Positions 9,133 through 17,296 of a DNA stretch of 32,000 bases are shown piece by piece. Under the pieces are notes generated by a model. That model did not search any database. It was not told the origin of the DNA and was given only the letters and a program-made list of their open reading frames with translations. Position numbers and translations under genes: made by a program. The DNA comes from Flavobacteriaceae bacterium (GTDB lineage: Bacteria; Bacteroidota; Bacteroidia; Flavobacteriales; Flavobacteriaceae). The stretch spans positions 2,220,001 through 2,252,000 of the forward strand of contig OZ245049.1 of assembly GCA_965224465.1 (NCBI GenBank), in the 5' to 3' direction. Numbering within the stretch: the first letter of the stretch is position 1; each line of letters starts with the position of its first letter.

Positions 9133-9894
9133 TTATTTAATTAAGGTGTTCAAAGTTACAGGTTTTAACTGTTTCGATTCCAAAGAAATCAATAACTGTT
9201 CCAAAACTGTAACTGTCAAATTACTAGTGTCATGCAATAGTACAATATCTCCTGCTATTATTTTTTTATTTATTTTCTCAAACACTTTTTGGGGTGATTT
9301 TGCAACGGTATCATAAGACCGAATGCTCCATCCTACGGTGATAAGACGGTGTTTTTTTACTGCTTTTGCAATGTTTGGGTTGGTCACTCCAAAAGGAGGT
9401 CTAAACAATACATTGTGTTGTTTTGATAGTTTTAAGAGTAAGTCCTGCGTTTTTTTTAGGTCTTTATAAATGGCATCTGAAGATAAAAAACCATTGGCAT
9501 TAGAATGCTTAAAAGAGTGATTTCCTGTCAAATGTCCCTCCATCCTTATTTTTTTAAAAAGCTCTGGATACTTCTCTATGTTTTTACCTATACAAAAAAA
9601 AGTAGCTTTTGCATTGTGCTTTTTTAAAACCTTTAGAATTTCTAATGTAAATACAGGATGTGGACCATCATCGAAGGTAAGATAGACTTCATTTTTTTTT
9701 CCTTGAGGCAATCTTGTTACTGCCTTTAAAAAATAGCCCAACTGCATTCGAAAAGAGCCAATGCTTGTAATGGCAGCCCATAAGACAAACAGCGAAACAA
9801 GCACAATTGCCGTGATGTTGTTTGCTCCTTCAATTATAAATACACCTATAAGAATACAGCAAAAAAGAATTGTTATGTTTTTAAATGTTAGCAA
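9133..9894 (-). CDS. Polysaccharide deacetylase (NodB homology / CE4) with N-terminal transmembrane anchor
   Basis: 253 aa. NodB motifs are present: TFDDGPHP, GNHSFKH and FRPPFG. The N-terminal approx 45 aa are hydrophobic. Confidence 0.8.
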   Translation of the reverse strand: MLTFKNITILFCCILIGVFIIEGANNITAIVLVSLFVLWAAITSIGSFRMQLGYFLKAVTRLPQGKKNEVYLTFDDGPHPVFTLEILKVLKKHNAKATFFCIGKNIEKYPELFKKIRMEGHLTGNHSFKHSNANGFLSSDAIYKDLKKTQDLLLKLSKQHNVLFRPPFGVTNPNIAKAVKKHRLITVGWSIRSYDTVAKSPQKVFEKINKKIIAGDIVLLHDTSNLTVTVLEQLLISLESKQLKPVTLNTLIK

Positions 9895-10982
9895 GATTCT
9901 ATCAAAGTAAGACTGTGATTCTCTCCTCTAAATTGATTGTATAACAACACCTTATTAATTTTATTACCGGATATATTATTTAATTTTAACAGCGACGGAA
10001 TTTTTTGAGTTTTACACAAATTTGATGCTAACCACAAACCAAAAGCGGAAGCTGTATTGTATTCTCCAGAAAGGTGTTTGTAATACACTTGTTGTATGTT
10101 TTCGAAAATAGAATATTGCAAGGCTTCATAATATTCATTAAATTCTATATCCCCATTTACGCCTAACATCACAAGATCAATATCGGCAATAGACAAGGCA
10201 TTTTCTTTTAGAAAAGCAGTGATTTTTTCAGGCATTTTAGAACACTCACAGGTATCAAAAATACGTACATCTATCAGTTTCGCATAAGAAGTTTCCGTTT
10301 TTTTATTTTCAAGGGAGAAAAAATGAGCACCTTCACTAAATACACTTCCTTTAGAATTAGATTTCAAAATCCCCTGAGACAAGGTTTTTGGGTCTTTAAT
10401 ATATCCCAAAATATCAAAAAGACCTGTTGTATAATCCCCGAGTTCATCTACGCCACCAACCAGTACACTAGATTCGCCTTCCTGCATCATCAATAAAGCA
10501 TCAATCAATGCTATTTCAAAAGAAGTTGCATTGTGAACATACGTCATATTATACGCATTACACTGTAAGCCAAGCGCAATTTGCCCTCCTACAGTATTGT
10601 GTGTAGATTGGATAAATGAAGTAGGTGTTAAAAACGCTTCATTATTATCGATCATTTTTTTTAAAAACTTCTCAGAATCCAATAAGCAGCCCATACCTGT
10701 CCCAGTTATAATAGCATCTGGAGAAGTATTATTTACTTCTTTTAAAGCGATACTCGCAGCAACAACACTGTTTTTAACACCACTTGCCATCCGGCGTATC
10801 ATGGTAGGTTTTATATACTCTTTATAAGCAGGTTTGTGAACTTTTACAATAGCATTATCCAGCTCCTTAAATGAGTCAACTAAATCCTTAAAAACAGTAG
10901 ATTCTTGAGCTGAAACACTTCCTAGCCCGTTTATATAGCACGATTTCATATGATTTATTTTGAAAAAATAATGGTTGAACAA
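9888..10982 (-). CDS. Chain-length-factor-like ketosynthase partner (KS fold, catalytic triad absent)
   Basis: 364 aa. A more likely start is Met12 at 10949, 5 nt after the upstream KS stop. It carries the PF13723-type motif TPTSFIQSTHNTVGGQIAL. At the position where the KS upstream has TISTACSSSANAI, this protein has TYVHNATSFEIAL (10521-10541), so there is no Cys. The two His motifs are also missing (GVNGD instead of HGT; GEYNTASAFG instead of GHTLAAA). Confidence 0.75.
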   Translation of the reverse strand: MFNHYFFKINHMKSCYINGLGSVSAQESTVFKDLVDSFKELDNAIVKVHKPAYKEYIKPTMIRRMASGVKNSVVAASIALKEVNNTSPDAIITGTGMGCLLDSEKFLKKMIDNNEAFLTPTSFIQSTHNTVGGQIALGLQCNAYNMTYVHNATSFEIALIDALLMMQEGESSVLVGGVDELGDYTTGLFDILGYIKDPKTLSQGILKSNSKGSVFSEGAHFFSLENKKTETSYAKLIDVRIFDTCECSKMPEKITAFLKENALSIADIDLVMLGVNGDIEFNEYYEALQYSIFENIQQVYYKHLSGEYNTASAFGLWLASNLCKTQKIPSLLKLNNISGNKINKVLLYNQFRGENHSLTLIESC

Positions 10983-12148
10983 TTCCCTCCAAACCCAAAT
11001 GAATTGGACAATACGTGGTCAATATTTTTATGAATTACATCCACTTCAGGTATCAGGTTGGTCTCTGGTATGGCATTTGAAAAATTCAGATTTGGAAACA
11101 CAACATTGTGTTGTAATGATAAGACAGCATACACCGCTTCAATTGCAGCAGCTGCAGCGAGAGTGTGACCAGTATACGCTTTTGTAGAACTAAATGAAGG
11201 AACTTCATTTTTAAATACATTCAGTAAAGCTTTACTTTCGGACATATCATTATTAGGGGTTGCAGTTCCATGTGCATTTATACAATCAATAGCACTTGGA
11301 TGCAAACCTGCTACAGACAAGGCTTTTTGCATCGCCAATGTAGCACCTATACCATTTTCAGAGGATGCTGTTTGATGAAAAGCATCGTTCGCATTTGCAT
11401 AACCCGTTACATACGCCAATACTTTTTTATTGGATTTTTTAACAATTGCATCAGACTCAAGTACCAGATAAGCTGCCGCCTCTCCTAAGTTTAGCCCATT
11501 CCTATCTCTATCAAAAGGCTTACAATTAGATTCGGAAAGAATCATTAAGGTATTAAAACCATTGATTGTAAATTTTGAAAGACAGTCTGCTCCACCTACG
11601 ATTACGCGATCAAGTTTTCCTGCTTTAATAAGTCTTGCTCCTAACATAATCGCATTTGCGGAAGAGGAGCATGCAGTACTTATGGTGGTCGCAAATTCTT
11701 TTATACCTAGAGTTCTTGCAATCTTTTTGGTCGAATCTCCAGCATTATGAGATTCAATATATTTTTGTTTGTCAGCATCGGTTAGAATGGAGTAATAATA
11801 TTTTTCGGTTTTATCCATCCCTCCTACGCTGGTCGCAGAAACGATTCCCGTACGACAATCGTTAATATCAGAAATATTAGCATTCTTAACAGCTTGTTTA
11901 CAAGCAAACTCTGCTAATAGAGCCGTTCGGGAATAATTATTAGTTGCTGGTAGTTTCAAAAGATCTACTAATTCTTGATTTGAATAAGCAATCTCTCCTA
12001 CTTTAATATGAGGACTATGTATGGTGTCTATTTTTTTAATTTGAGAAATACACTCATTTTTTTGAATCAATGCGTGATAGTTTTCTTCTACATTGTTTCC
12101 AATGCTAGAAATAATTCCCATCCCTGTAATTGCGACACCTTTACCCAT
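10955..12148 (-). CDS. Beta-ketoacyl-ACP synthase (KAS I/II type, active Cys-His-His)
   Basis: 397 aa. Motifs are STACSSSANA (Cys), NAHGTATPNND (His), TGHTLAAAA (His) and C-terminal SFGFGGNCS. Confidence 0.85.
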   Translation of the reverse strand: MGKGVAITGMGIISSIGNNVEENYHALIQKNECISQIKKIDTIHSPHIKVGEIAYSNQELVDLLKLPATNNYSRTALLAEFACKQAVKNANISDINDCRTGIVSATSVGGMDKTEKYYYSILTDADKQKYIESHNAGDSTKKIARTLGIKEFATTISTACSSSANAIMLGARLIKAGKLDRVIVGGADCLSKFTINGFNTLMILSESNCKPFDRDRNGLNLGEAAAYLVLESDAIVKKSNKKVLAYVTGYANANDAFHQTASSENGIGATLAMQKALSVAGLHPSAIDCINAHGTATPNNDMSESKALLNVFKNEVPSFSSTKAYTGHTLAAAAAIEAVYAVLSLQHNVVFPNLNFSNAIPETNLIPEVDVIHKNIDHVLSNSFGFGGNCSTIIFSK

Positions 12149-12150
12149 AT

Positions 12151-12405
12151 CTATTTTTTGTTATCCATAATAAATTTAGCCATCGAATTGATAGACTCAA
12201 AAATGGTTTTCCCCTTTTTAGGATCAGAAATTTTAATCCCATAATCTTTATCAAGAATTACTATAAGTTCCAATGCATCTATGGAATCCAATCCTAAACC
12301 ATCTCCAAAAAGTGTATCATTATCTTGGATATCTTCAACCGTTAAATCCTCTAAATTTAGGTTCTCGATGATTTTCTCTTTTAATTCTATTTTTAAATCT
12401 TCCAT
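12151..12405 (-). CDS. Acyl carrier protein
   Basis: 84 aa, acidic. The phosphopantetheine attachment motif is GLGLDSIDALELI. Confidence 0.85.
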   Translation of the reverse strand: MEDLKIELKEKIIENLNLEDLTVEDIQDNDTLFGDGLGLDSIDALELIVILDKDYGIKISDPKKGKTIFESINSMAKFIMDNKK

Positions 12406-12409
12406 GTTG

Positions 12410-13024
12410 TTAATTATTGTATAATTTAATTAATTCTTTTGTACAATGTGGCTTCCCACTTTGTGCTGTTACTAAATACATAAATGCATCTATAGATTCG
12501 CCATCAACGTTTACCCACCCACTTAAAACACAGTCAGATTTTCCAGACTGAATTAAACTATTTTCATACGTATAATGTAAAATAGCATTATATTGGTTCA
12601 ATACAAAAAATACATTTTCACTTTTTAAACGATGCCTAATACTTACTTCACCTATTCCAATATTTGGGAGTGTGTACACAAAAACAGAAGGGCTCGGGAA
12701 ATAACTTTCCTTATTATTAATCGCATTTTGGTGTTTCCTATCTGTATCTAAACTGGATGCATTATTAGAAAAAACGACGGCAGTATTACTTTCTTTAATT
12801 GTAGTTATTGAATTGTTTATCAGTATTTCACTTACTAAAAACGCAAGTTTACTCAAACTATCCATTTTAAAAAACTTGGCATATTTTAATTCTAAAAAAC
12901 GATATACATTTTTCAAGAAAACTGCCACATCTGTAGCATCATCTGAATAAATCACTTCCCCATTTAGAGTGATGCAATTATTTTCTATTTTACAATAGTT
13001 TTGTATGTATAATTTTTTATTCAA
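12410..13024 (-). CDS. Small KS-N-terminal-like protein (no catalytic residues), function unknown
   Basis: 204 aa. FPSPSVFVYTLPNIGIGEVSI resembles the S-P-x-x-F-x-x-S-x-x-N-x-x-x-G motif seen in the CLF-like protein at 9888-10982. It is only about half the length of a KS. Assignment is by eye only. Confidence 0.4.
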   Translation of the reverse strand: MNKKLYIQNYCKIENNCITLNGEVIYSDDATDVAVFLKNVYRFLELKYAKFFKMDSLSKLAFLVSEILINNSITTIKESNTAVVFSNNASSLDTDRKHQNAINNKESYFPSPSVFVYTLPNIGIGEVSIRHRLKSENVFFVLNQYNAILHYTYENSLIQSGKSDCVLSGWVNVDGESIDAFMYLVTAQSGKPHCTKELIKLYNN

Positions 13025-13033
13025 AATAGCAAC

Positions 13034-14095
13034 TTATTTTTTTACACAAACAAATATAGTATGATATTCACCAACGGCAATATCTGATTTGATTGTAAGT
13101 CCTACCTTATCAATCAATGTTTCAAAAACTTTGGAAGAATACATCTTACTATTCCCATTTGCCATGGTTGTGAAATACAAAGACGTTGCTTCTAAAATAA
13201 AACGAGCATTGTCAAATTTCTGACGATCGGTAAATGTTTCCATGATTAATAATTCAGAATCACTGTCCATTGAATCTACACATACGGACAATATTTTAAT
13301 GATTTCTTCTTCTGAAAAACAATCCAAAAATTGACTCATCCAATACGTATCTGCACCCTTTGGAATTTGAGGATTTTCCGACAACCAGTCTATCGTATGC
13401 CCCTTAATTCTATCTTTAAAAGAATACTCTTGAGCATTCTCTAATGCTTTATTTAATTGCCCAGGAAGGTCTACAATAGTTACCTCAACTTGGTCACTAT
13501 ATTTACACGCACTTATGGCAAATTTACCGGTATTCCCACCTATATCAAAAATGGCTTTAGGGTTATTTCTAAATACAATTTTCAAGGCATTATCAAACAC
13601 CTCGTCTGAGTAATGATGGTCAAAATCAAACCATGATTTTTTTGCTTGAGGATCCAATTCAGAGAGTCCTTCATAAATTGTATTCCATTCTCCAAGCTCT
13701 TTTAACCCTTCTGGTTTATTGTTTTTTATAGAATCATTTAAATGATAAAGTCCTTTATAACAAACGTCATTTGTAAAATTAACATTCACATCTACGGTCT
13801 CATTAAATGCAAGAAAATACCCAACCTTTGTAAGCTCATACTGTAATTTATCGTCTTTACTAACGATATCCGAGCTTTCCGCTATCTCTAATAACACTCC
13901 GAGTCCGTATGCGCTTATATTTAACTTTTTTGACAACCCTTCGATGGTTATCCCTCCTTGATGCCTAGTTTCAAAGATCAAATCTAAGACTCCAAGCTTT
14001 CTCAGCGAAACTGTAGTTTGAAAAATAAAAGGGGCGAAAGCAATTCGTTGTGCTTCTTCCAAAGCATCAATTGCCTTTAATGTTTTTACTGACAT
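13034..14095 (-). CDS. Class I SAM-dependent methyltransferase (OMT-like architecture with N-terminal dimerisation/wHTH domain)
   Basis: 353 aa. SAM motif I is IFDIGGNTGKFA, followed by an acidic post-I residue (VTIVDLP). The N-terminal approx 100 aa resemble the dimerisation domain of small-molecule O-methyltransferases. Confidence 0.8.
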   Translation of the reverse strand: MSVKTLKAIDALEEAQRIAFAPFIFQTTVSLRKLGVLDLIFETRHQGGITIEGLSKKLNISAYGLGVLLEIAESSDIVSKDDKLQYELTKVGYFLAFNETVDVNVNFTNDVCYKGLYHLNDSIKNNKPEGLKELGEWNTIYEGLSELDPQAKKSWFDFDHHYSDEVFDNALKIVFRNNPKAIFDIGGNTGKFAISACKYSDQVEVTIVDLPGQLNKALENAQEYSFKDRIKGHTIDWLSENPQIPKGADTYWMSQFLDCFSEEEIIKILSVCVDSMDSDSELLIMETFTDRQKFDNARFILEATSLYFTTMANGNSKMYSSKVFETLIDKVGLTIKSDIAVGEYHTIFVCVKK

Positions 14096-14182
14096 GTTTT
14101 TCTTAATTATTAATGTTATAACAACGTATTTTTTAGCCTTGTAAATATATATGATATCTATTTAATTCAACGTGTTTTTTTT

Positions 14183-14212
14183 GCTTAAATTCAACTAATA
14201 AACGCAACTTTT
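14183..14212. repeat. IS30-family left terminal inverted repeat
   Basis: GCTTAAATTCAACTAATAAACGCAACTTTT. It pairs with the reverse complement of 17294-17323 (GCTGAATTCAAGTCACAAACGCAACTTTTA). Confidence 0.7.
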
Positions 14213-14324
14213 CGATTTGATTCTATGATGGTTATATTTTCAAAACAGAAAAGTAGGAAAACCTACCTTTCTTGTCTTGATGGATATGTATCTTACGGTC
14301 TCAAATCTCGAAAAAAGAAGTTGT

Positions 14325-14796
14325 ATGAAACACATCACCCAAGCGCAAAGATACACAATTTGTTGCATGTTAAAACAAGGTTATAAACAGGTTGAGATAG
14401 CAGCTGCTATAGGAAAAGACAAGTCTGTTATTAGCAAAGAGATTAAGCGTAATTCAGACAAAAGAAATGGAGTTTACAAGCATGAATTAGCCCAAAAAAA
14501 GTATGCTAAACGTCATAAAGAAAAGCCTAAAAGAAAACGCTTTACAGAAGATATTCAACAAGCAATAGAGTTGTTATTGCGAGACGATTATAGTCCTGAG
14601 CAAGTAGTTGGTGTCCTAAAAAAACAAGGTAAAGAAACGGTGTCTATTGAGCGTATATATCAGCATATTAGGGAAGACAAGAGGAATGATGGTGATTTAC
14701 ATACACACCTTCGCAGACAGGGAAGGAGATATAGAAAACGTGGCTCATCAAAGGATTCTAGAGGGGTTATAAAGAATCGTATTAGTATAGAACAAC
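14325..14796 (+). pseudogene. IS30-family transposase, 5' fragment (HTH/DNA-binding part)
   Basis: MKHITQAQRYTICCMLKQGYKQVEIAAAIGKDKSVISKEIKRNS... is the typical IS30 N-terminal HTH. The frame is broken after ...RISIEQ at the IS66 left end. The track ORF 14277-14852 continues into IS66 sequence, giving an artificial tail KRTVKYTLDYLSTGFQF. Confidence 0.85.
14789..14796. repeat. 8-bp target-site duplication (left copy) of the IS66 insertion
   Basis: AGAACAAC lies immediately outside the IS66 left end. An identical copy lies at 16804-16811. Confidence 0.9.
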
Positions 14797-14821
14797 GTAA
14801 GCGTACGGTAAAGTACACCCT
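14797..14821. repeat. IS66-family terminal inverted repeat (end nearest tnpC)
   Basis: GTAAGCGTACGGTAAAGTACACCCT, compared with the reverse complement of 16779-16803, GTAAGCGTACGGAGAACTACATCTT. GTAAGCG is the characteristic IS66-family terminus. Confidence 0.85.
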
Positions 14822-14824
14822 TGA

Positions 14825-16327
14825 TTATTTATCAACAGGCTTCCAATTTTGAGGCAGTAACTCCGAAAGTTTATTAGCCTTATGTTCTGGTAATCTATTA
14901 AGGACATCACATAGCCACGTATGTGGGTTTACGTTATTCTTTTTGCAAGTAGCAAAAAAGCTATAAAATAGAGCTATGTTTTGTGCGGACTCATGACTGC
15001 CAGCAAAGAGATAATTTTTTCTGCCAATAGCTAAAGGTCTTATGGCATTTTCTATATTATTGTTGTCTATTTCAAACCTGCCATCATCGATGTATAGTTT
15101 TAGGTTTTGCCATATTTTAAGAGTATAAGCAATTGCTTTTCCTATGGCACTTTTAGGCAGTACGTTTTTTCGCTCTTTTGTAAGATAAATTTCTATTCCG
15201 TCTAAAACAGGTGATGCATGTTTTTCTCTATATGCTTTAGTTTGCTCAATAGTTAATTCTTGTTCTTTTATTTTACGTTCTATCTTGTATAGCTTTTGAA
15301 TTTCCAACAAAACAACATCCGCTCTTTTAGGATCATTATCCAGCGCCTTCTCAAAATACCGCCTAGCATGAGCCATGCAACCTAAAAGAGTAATTTCTCC
15401 TTTTGTTGTTAAGTTTTGGTATGCAGCATACCCATCGGACTGTAGTGTCCCATTGAAATCTTTAAAAAACTCTTCTGGAACAACTTTTCCTCTCCCTTTA
15501 TTGTATTCAAAAAGAACTAAATTTTTAACAGGATTTCGATACACCCACATATACCCTCTGTGTGTTGATTTTTTCTTGTCTTTATCTAAAACCTTTATAG
15601 GAGATTCGTCTGCTTGAATATAATTGGCATTTTCTAAAAACTGAGCCTTAAATGTATCGTATAAAGGAGCGATAAGCTCCGAACTTTTAGATACCCATCC
15701 TCCAATTGTTGATTTACTTACTTTTAAATCTTGTCGTTTAAAAATTTGAATTAATCTGTAAAGTGGTAAATGGTCTACAAATTTTGAAATAAGTATAAAG
15801 GCCAATAAACTTGCTGATGCATTTCCTTTAGGTATCGGTAAGCTTGGTAATTCTGCTATAACAACGCCTTTTTCTTCCGGAAGTGCATATTTAGGTCTTA
15901 CAATTCGTCTTACAAAAACGGAAAGAGGCGTTATTTCTAAAAGTTCTGTAACTTCTTCTCCTATTTTTACAGCTCCTTCTTCTATGTGCTTAGGCTCTAT
16001 AATCTCTTCTACTCGCGGAAAATGCGCAGGTATAGAAGAGCGAACAGGTTTTTTCTTTCCTTTCTTCTTTTGTTTTCTTTCGTAGATTACAATATGTTTT
16101 TTGTATGCCTCTTCTTTCTCAGCTATTATTTTTCCGAAAAGCGACAATTGATTTGTGTCAACAGGGATAAAACGTTCGCTTTTAGACCCGAAAACCATTC
16201 TTTTAAGCTGCTCGTATTGCTGCTTAATTTCAGCTAGTTCTTGAGCTGTTTTTTCAAGTTCAATCTTTAAAATTACCAGCTCTTTTTGTATGTCTATTGT
16301 ATTGTTTTCCACACTATAAATATACAA
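14825..16327 (-). CDS. tnpC: IS66-family transposase (TnpC / Orf3)
   Basis: 500 aa. It has an N-terminal coiled coil (LKIELEKTAQELAEIKQQYEQLKRMVFG). IS66 DDE-region motifs are present: ADESPIKVLD, GYMWVY, SDGYAAY, CMAHARRYF and DNNNIENAIRPLAIGRKNYLFAGS. Confidence 0.9.
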   Translation of the reverse strand: MYIYSVENNTIDIQKELVILKIELEKTAQELAEIKQQYEQLKRMVFGSKSERFIPVDTNQLSLFGKIIAEKEEAYKKHIVIYERKQKKKGKKKPVRSSIPAHFPRVEEIIEPKHIEEGAVKIGEEVTELLEITPLSVFVRRIVRPKYALPEEKGVVIAELPSLPIPKGNASASLLAFILISKFVDHLPLYRLIQIFKRQDLKVSKSTIGGWVSKSSELIAPLYDTFKAQFLENANYIQADESPIKVLDKDKKKSTHRGYMWVYRNPVKNLVLFEYNKGRGKVVPEEFFKDFNGTLQSDGYAAYQNLTTKGEITLLGCMAHARRYFEKALDNDPKRADVVLLEIQKLYKIERKIKEQELTIEQTKAYREKHASPVLDGIEIYLTKERKNVLPKSAIGKAIAYTLKIWQNLKLYIDDGRFEIDNNNIENAIRPLAIGRKNYLFAGSHESAQNIALFYSFFATCKKNNVNPHTWLCDVLNRLPEHKANKLSELLPQNWKPVDK

Positions 16328-16370
16328 AAAACAAGACTAAATAGCAGGTAAAACCTACAGTTTTATTGAA

Positions 16371-16724
16371 TTATTTAGCCTCTAAATAACGTTCGTTTTT
16401 CTGAGTATTTATAATACTAATTCCGTCTAAAACCATAACCATTTGGGTATAACTCAAAACTACTAATCCATCTTCAATGTCGTATTTTGGAAGCTCAAAA
16501 ATACCTCGTTCCAATCGTTTATAATACAGTACAAATCCTCCAGGTCGCCAATGAAGAAGTTTTAGTTTATTTTTTTGCTTATTGATAAATGCATAAACAC
16601 TATTTCTATCTCGCTCTTGTTCCATGTGCTCACTAACTAATCCACTTAATCCATTAAATCCTTTTCGCATATCAACTGCAGATAAGTGATAATAATACGT
16701 GTGTTCTGTACCTAATCCTAACAT
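16371..16724 (-). CDS. tnpB: IS66 Orf2 accessory protein (TnpB of IS66; unrelated to IS200/605 TnpB nucleases)
   Basis: 117 aa. VDMRKGFNGLSGLV ... KLKLLHWRPGGFVLYYKRLERGIFELP matches the conserved IS66 Orf2 signature. Confidence 0.9.
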   Translation of the reverse strand: MLGLGTEHTYYYHLSAVDMRKGFNGLSGLVSEHMEQERDRNSVYAFINKQKNKLKLLHWRPGGFVLYYKRLERGIFELPKYDIEDGLVVLSYTQMVMVLDGISIINTQKNERYLEAK

Positions 16725-16778
16725 TTATATTTTCGTTTTTGTTTAGATGCAAAAATTAGATTATTTTTAACTTCTTAC

Positions 16779-16803
16779 AAGATGTAGTTCTCCGTACGCT
16801 TAC
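16779..16803. repeat. IS66-family terminal inverted repeat (end nearest tnpB)
   Basis: This is the reverse-complement partner of 14797-14821. Confidence 0.85.
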
Positions 16804-16811
16804 AGAACAAC
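16804..16811. repeat. 8-bp target-site duplication (right copy) of the IS66 insertion
   Basis: AGAACAAC, identical to 14789-14796. Confidence 0.9.
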
Positions 16812-17296
16812 GCCCTGAAGTTGTTGAACAAAGAAATCGATTTGGAGATTTAGAGGTCGATTTAATCATAGGTAAAAACCATAATCAAGCCATACTTACC
16901 GTAAATGATAGAGCTTTTGGAATGCTTAAAATGAAAAAAGTAAGCTCTAAAGAAGCAGTTGTTGTCACTAAAGCTATCAATGAAATATTAGAAGACTGGA
17001 AGCCTTATCTACATACTATAACAGCTGATAATGGAAAAGAATTTGCAGGCCATGAGCAGGTTGCAGAAAATTTATGTATTGATTACTTTTTTGCGCATCC
17101 ATATCACTCTTGGGAAAGAGGATCTAACGAAAATTTAAATGGTTTGATTAGACAATATTTTGCCAAAGGAAGTGACTTTACAAACCTAACAGATCAAAGA
17201 ATCAAAGAGGTAGAAACAAAATTAAATAACAGACCTAGGAAGAGACATAAATATCAAAACCCTATATTTGTAATGGAACAATTATTATTTAACTAA
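16812..17296 (+). pseudogene. IS30-family transposase, 3' fragment (DDE catalytic domain)
   Basis: It reads in frame with 14325-14796 once the IS66 element and one TSD copy are removed: ...IEQ|RPEVVEQRNRFGDLEVDLIIGKNHNQAILT...ITADNGKEF...WERGSNENLNGLIRQY. These are the D, D and E residues of IS30 transposases. The track ORF 16922-17296 is only the part after an internal Met. Confidence 0.85.

Larger units (their letters stand above)
14797..16803 (-). mobile_element. IS66-family insertion sequence, 2007 bp, two ORFs (tnpB, tnpC), no tnpA
   Basis: The ends are GTAAGCGTACGG... (14797) and ...CCGTACGCTTAC (16803). The first 12 nt are perfect and 20 of 25 nt match overall. It is flanked by the perfect 8-bp direct repeat AGAACAAC. 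It encodes IS66 Orf2 and Orf3 homologues. Confidence 0.9.

Noticed and set aside
14180-14182. Target-site duplication for the IS30 insertion
   Set aside because: Only TT is shared between the flanks (14181-14182 and 17324-17325). In a T-rich context that is not diagnostic, so I do not report it as a feature.
14277-14324. N-terminal extension MMDMYLTVSNLEKRSC of the IS30 transposase ORF
   Set aside because: IS30 transposases begin with the HTH segment (MKHITQAQRY...). The extension lies within the IS between the left inverted repeat and the transposase ATG, so the ATG at 14325 is the more plausible start.
14797-14852. C-terminal tail KRTVKYTLDYLSTGFQF of track ORF 14277-14852
   Set aside because: This tail is read-through into the IS66 inverted repeat, not genuine transposase sequence. 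The true continuation is at 16812.
16371-16724. Interpreting 'TnpB' as an RNA-guided OMEGA/TnpB nuclease
   Set aside because: This is a name collision only. The 117-aa protein has the IS66 Orf2 signature (DMRKGF.GL ... KRLE.G.F) and no RuvC-like domain.
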